A DNA stretch of 64,000 nt from Pristiophorus japonicus. Its lineage: Eukaryota. The notes beneath the pieces are model-generated. The model saw only the letters and a list, made by a program, of their open reading frames with translations. It was not told where the DNA came from and did no database searches. Where the stretch lies: positions 5,022,001-5,086,000 of the forward strand of contig NC_092006.1 of NCBI RefSeq assembly GCF_044704955.1. The letters run 5' to 3'. Position 1 is the stretch's first letter, and the number at the start of each line of letters is the position of its first letter. The position numbers were made by a program, and so were the translations under genes. Shown here piece after piece: positions 61,801-64,000 of this stretch.

Positions 61801-63947
61801 TAATATTGTGTTTTTTTAATTTTTGTGTCCCCCCCCCCCCCGCAACCTTGTCTCAGCTGTCGTGTCTCAGGCGGTCTTGAGCCAATTTCCGGCGCTGCTA
61901 ACGGCCGATGTCGGGAGCCTGGTCAAACTGCAATGCCAGTCCGGGAGGCTGGCCCCGGGCATCGTTTACTGGTACACACACTGGCCCCGAGAGGGCATGC
62001 GGCTCGTTTACAAAACCGGACGGTTCGTGACGCCCGGGGGAAGATTTTCCGGCGAGGTATGCGAGCAATCGGGGAATCATTCGCTGGTCATTGACAACGT
62101 CCAGAGGAACGATTCTGGGCGGTATTACTGCGCTGCTCCAAACGCCGGGAATCGGTCCCTGATATTCGGGACTGGCACCACGCTGGTGATCACAGGTAAT
62201 CCCACACGCCCATCCAATTGTGCGTCGAGACACCAATTCAAACCTGCCTTGTGCGCCTGGTTAATTCCAATTTCCCTTCCATCTAGCGGGCCCCCCGGTC
62301 CTCTTCCTCTTAACGCCGCCGCCGGCTGAGATTCCCCGGCTGGAGAGGGTGCCCTTGATGTGTCTGGTGCGGGGCGCTGCTCCCGACTCCTCCCCCATCC
62401 GCTGGCTGGTTGCGGGACGGGCCGCCGAGGGACGGAGCGAGCCCGGGATGCTGGAGCCGGACGGGAGCTATACCGCCAGAAGCGTCCTGAGCGTCTCGGC
62501 CGAAACCTGGCGCAGCGGCGCCGTCTGCACTTGCACCGTTCCGATCAACGCCACCGGGGATCTCCTGAGTGAAAGCGTCGCATCTCCGGGAGGTAACTGG
62601 AGCTACTGGCGGTTTGCCAAATAGTTAGTGATAATAATGTTCATTATAGTATTGCTGGGATGTGAGGGTTTTTTTTGCACGAGAGATTGTGTAGAATGGG
62701 CCTATGTTCTCTGGAGTTTCGTATAAGATTATGAGGGGGCTTGACAAGCTGGATGCAGAGAGGATGTTTCCACTGATGGGGGAGTCTAGAACTAGAGGGC
62801 ATAATCTCAGAATAAGGGGCCGCCCATTTAAAACTGAGATGAGGAGGAATTTCTTCTCTGAGGGTTGTAAATCTGTGGAATTCGCTGCCTCAGAGAGCTG
62901 TGGAAGCCGGGACATTGAGTAAATTTACGATAGAAATAGACAGTTTCTTAACTGATAAGTAATTAAGGGGTTATGGGGAGCGGGCAGGGAAGTGGAGCTG
63001 AGTCCATGATCGGATCAGCCATGATCGTATTGAATGGCGGAGCAGGCTCGAGGGGCCGAATGGCCGACTCCTGCTCCTATTTCTTATGTTCTTATGGAGT
63101 TTCGAAGAAGGAGAGGTGATCTCATTGAAACGTACAAGACTCTGAGGGGGATTGACAGGGTGGATGCAGGGAGGGTGTTTCCCCCCGGGGCTGGGGAGTC
63201 TAGAACCAGGGGTCACACAGTCTCAGGGTAAGGGGTTGGCCATTTAAGACTAAGATGGGGAGAACGTTCTTCACTTGCGATTTACTACGTTACAGGCGCT
63301 ATATAAATATAAGTTGTTGTATATTGGGAGCACTAGTATGGAAAAGTAGTATTTTATAAATGACATGAGTTTGGAAAACAGCGAGACAGAGAGAGACCAT
63401 ATACACAAACCTGTAAATGTGGGAAGGGCAGGTTGGCGAGCTGGTTAAACTGGCTTACGGGGTACTTGAATTTATATAAGGAGATATTAGAACAGTTGAC
63501 CAAAAGCTTGGTCAAAGAGGGAGGTTTTACAGAAGGAGGAGAGGCGGAGAGGTTTAGGGAGAGAGTTCCAGAGCTTGGGGCCCCAGGCAGCTGAAGGCAC
63601 GGCCACCAATGGTGGAGCGATAGAAATCGGGGGGAATGCTCAAGAGGCCAGGATTGGAAGAGCGCAGAGATCACAGCCACTTACGTTGAGACAGTTCATA
63701 GTTCGTCACCATGTCTTTGATGATTCGGGCCAAAAACCAGCTTCAAACCCTCAGCGGACGAGGTTTCAGAATTTGACTGAATTATTTTGTGTTTCGCTCA
63801 TTTCACAAGAGTTGTCTTTCTGCCGTTCAGAGCCCCTTCACAGCTCGACCTGCCGCTTCGCGCTTTATGCCAGCCTGGCGATGGCTCCTCTTGTGATGGG
63901 GTTGATCGGTGTCGCGGTGGCACGGCGTGGCAAGACTCGCCAACCAG
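55803..63947 (+). CDS. Gene D (3'-partial): non-rearranging VJ-C1-TM receptor, exons 55803-55845, 61857-62195, 62287-62592, 63831-63947; cytoplasmic exons presumably beyond the window
   Basis: Leader [14 protein letters not shown]; V and C1 about 97% identical to gene C; 117-nt phase 1-1 TM exon EPLHSSTCRFALYASLAMAPLVMGLIGVAVARRGKTRQP with donor CCAG|gtactg. Confidence 0.82.
55910..60858 (+). repeat. 28-bp minisatellite (AATTAATAAGGAGAAGGGTTTTGGAGAG)n, about 175 copies, in gene D intron 1
   Basis: Direct periodicity; variant units recur at 2066-bp spacing. Confidence 0.97.
61857..62195 (+). CDS. Gene D germline-joined VJ exon (339 nt)
   Basis: V-set motifs plus [24 protein letters not shown]; canonical splice sites. 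Confidence 0.92.
62287..62592 (+). CDS. Gene D C1-set exon (306 nt)
   Basis: C1-set motifs with GAVCTC; canonical splice sites. Confidence 0.9.
62720..63272 (+). mobile_element. CR1 3' fragments in the gene D C1-TM intron
   Basis: ORFs 62704-62922 and 63034-63231. Confidence 0.85.
63831..63947 (+). CDS. Gene D stalk and TM exon (117 nt)
   Basis: tgccgttcag|AG acceptor; Cys at codon 8 and TRQ motif at the end as in gene B; same exon length as gene B. Confidence 0.78.
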
Positions 63948-64000
63948 GTACTGCCCGTCTGAGCCAAACCCTCAATTTCGCCTTTAGCTGAACCTCTCCC

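Larger units (their letters stand above)
43835..62598. repeat. Large inverted duplication: arms about 43835-49494 and 55186-62598, plus older inner arms about 50963-51630 and 54410-54730
   Basis: Reverse-complement identity of exons, intron 1 and promoter; identical ORF-track peptides appear on opposite strands. Confidence 0.92.

Noticed and set aside
44238-62195. Positive selection between C and D V exons
   Set aside because: About 6 replacement versus 3 silent changes in 339 nt is compatible with neutral or weak purifying evolution
13321-62592. Conventional rearranging TCR or Ig light-chain locus
   Set aside because: No RSS or separate J seen, V-C introns under 100 bp, and TM plus tyrosine-motif tails; no gene symbol assigned for this reason
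63860-63880. ALYASL in gene D as an ITIM
   Set aside because: Lies within the predicted transmembrane segment

Overview
Vertebrate genomic DNA, most likely a shark or other elasmobranch (inferred from abundant CR1/HER1-type LINE 3' ends and Deu-domain tRNA-SINEs), and dominated by transposon-derived and tandem repeats. Manual splice-site and phase reconstruction recovers four spliced immunoglobulin-superfamily genes that the ORF track only shows in pieces. Each has the layout leader / single germline-joined V(J) exon / 77-97 bp intron / C1-set exon / transmembrane exon with a stalk Cys / short cytoplasmic exons, and no RSS. Gene A (+, 10780-19749, 293 aa) has an Arg in its TM and a Tyr-free tail. 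Gene B (-, 34217-26896, 312 aa) ends in a TLYAQL ITSM/ITIM-like tail. Gene C (-, 48796-38456, about 348 aa) also carries TLYAQL. Gene D (+, 55803 to beyond 63947) runs off the window. C and D are head-to-head inverted paralogs with about 97% identical leader-V-C1 exons but very different TM exons, which is a paired-receptor signature. Each carries a 28-bp minisatellite array in intron 1. The best reading is a cluster of non-rearranging antigen-receptor-like (VJ-C1) receptors with mixed inhibitory and possibly activating members. Also present: a strong CTCF motif between C and B, nested Tx1/CR1 insertions, several short dispersed or templated duplications, and two assembly gaps. The gene models come from sequence only, with no expression evidence, and no gene symbol is assigned.
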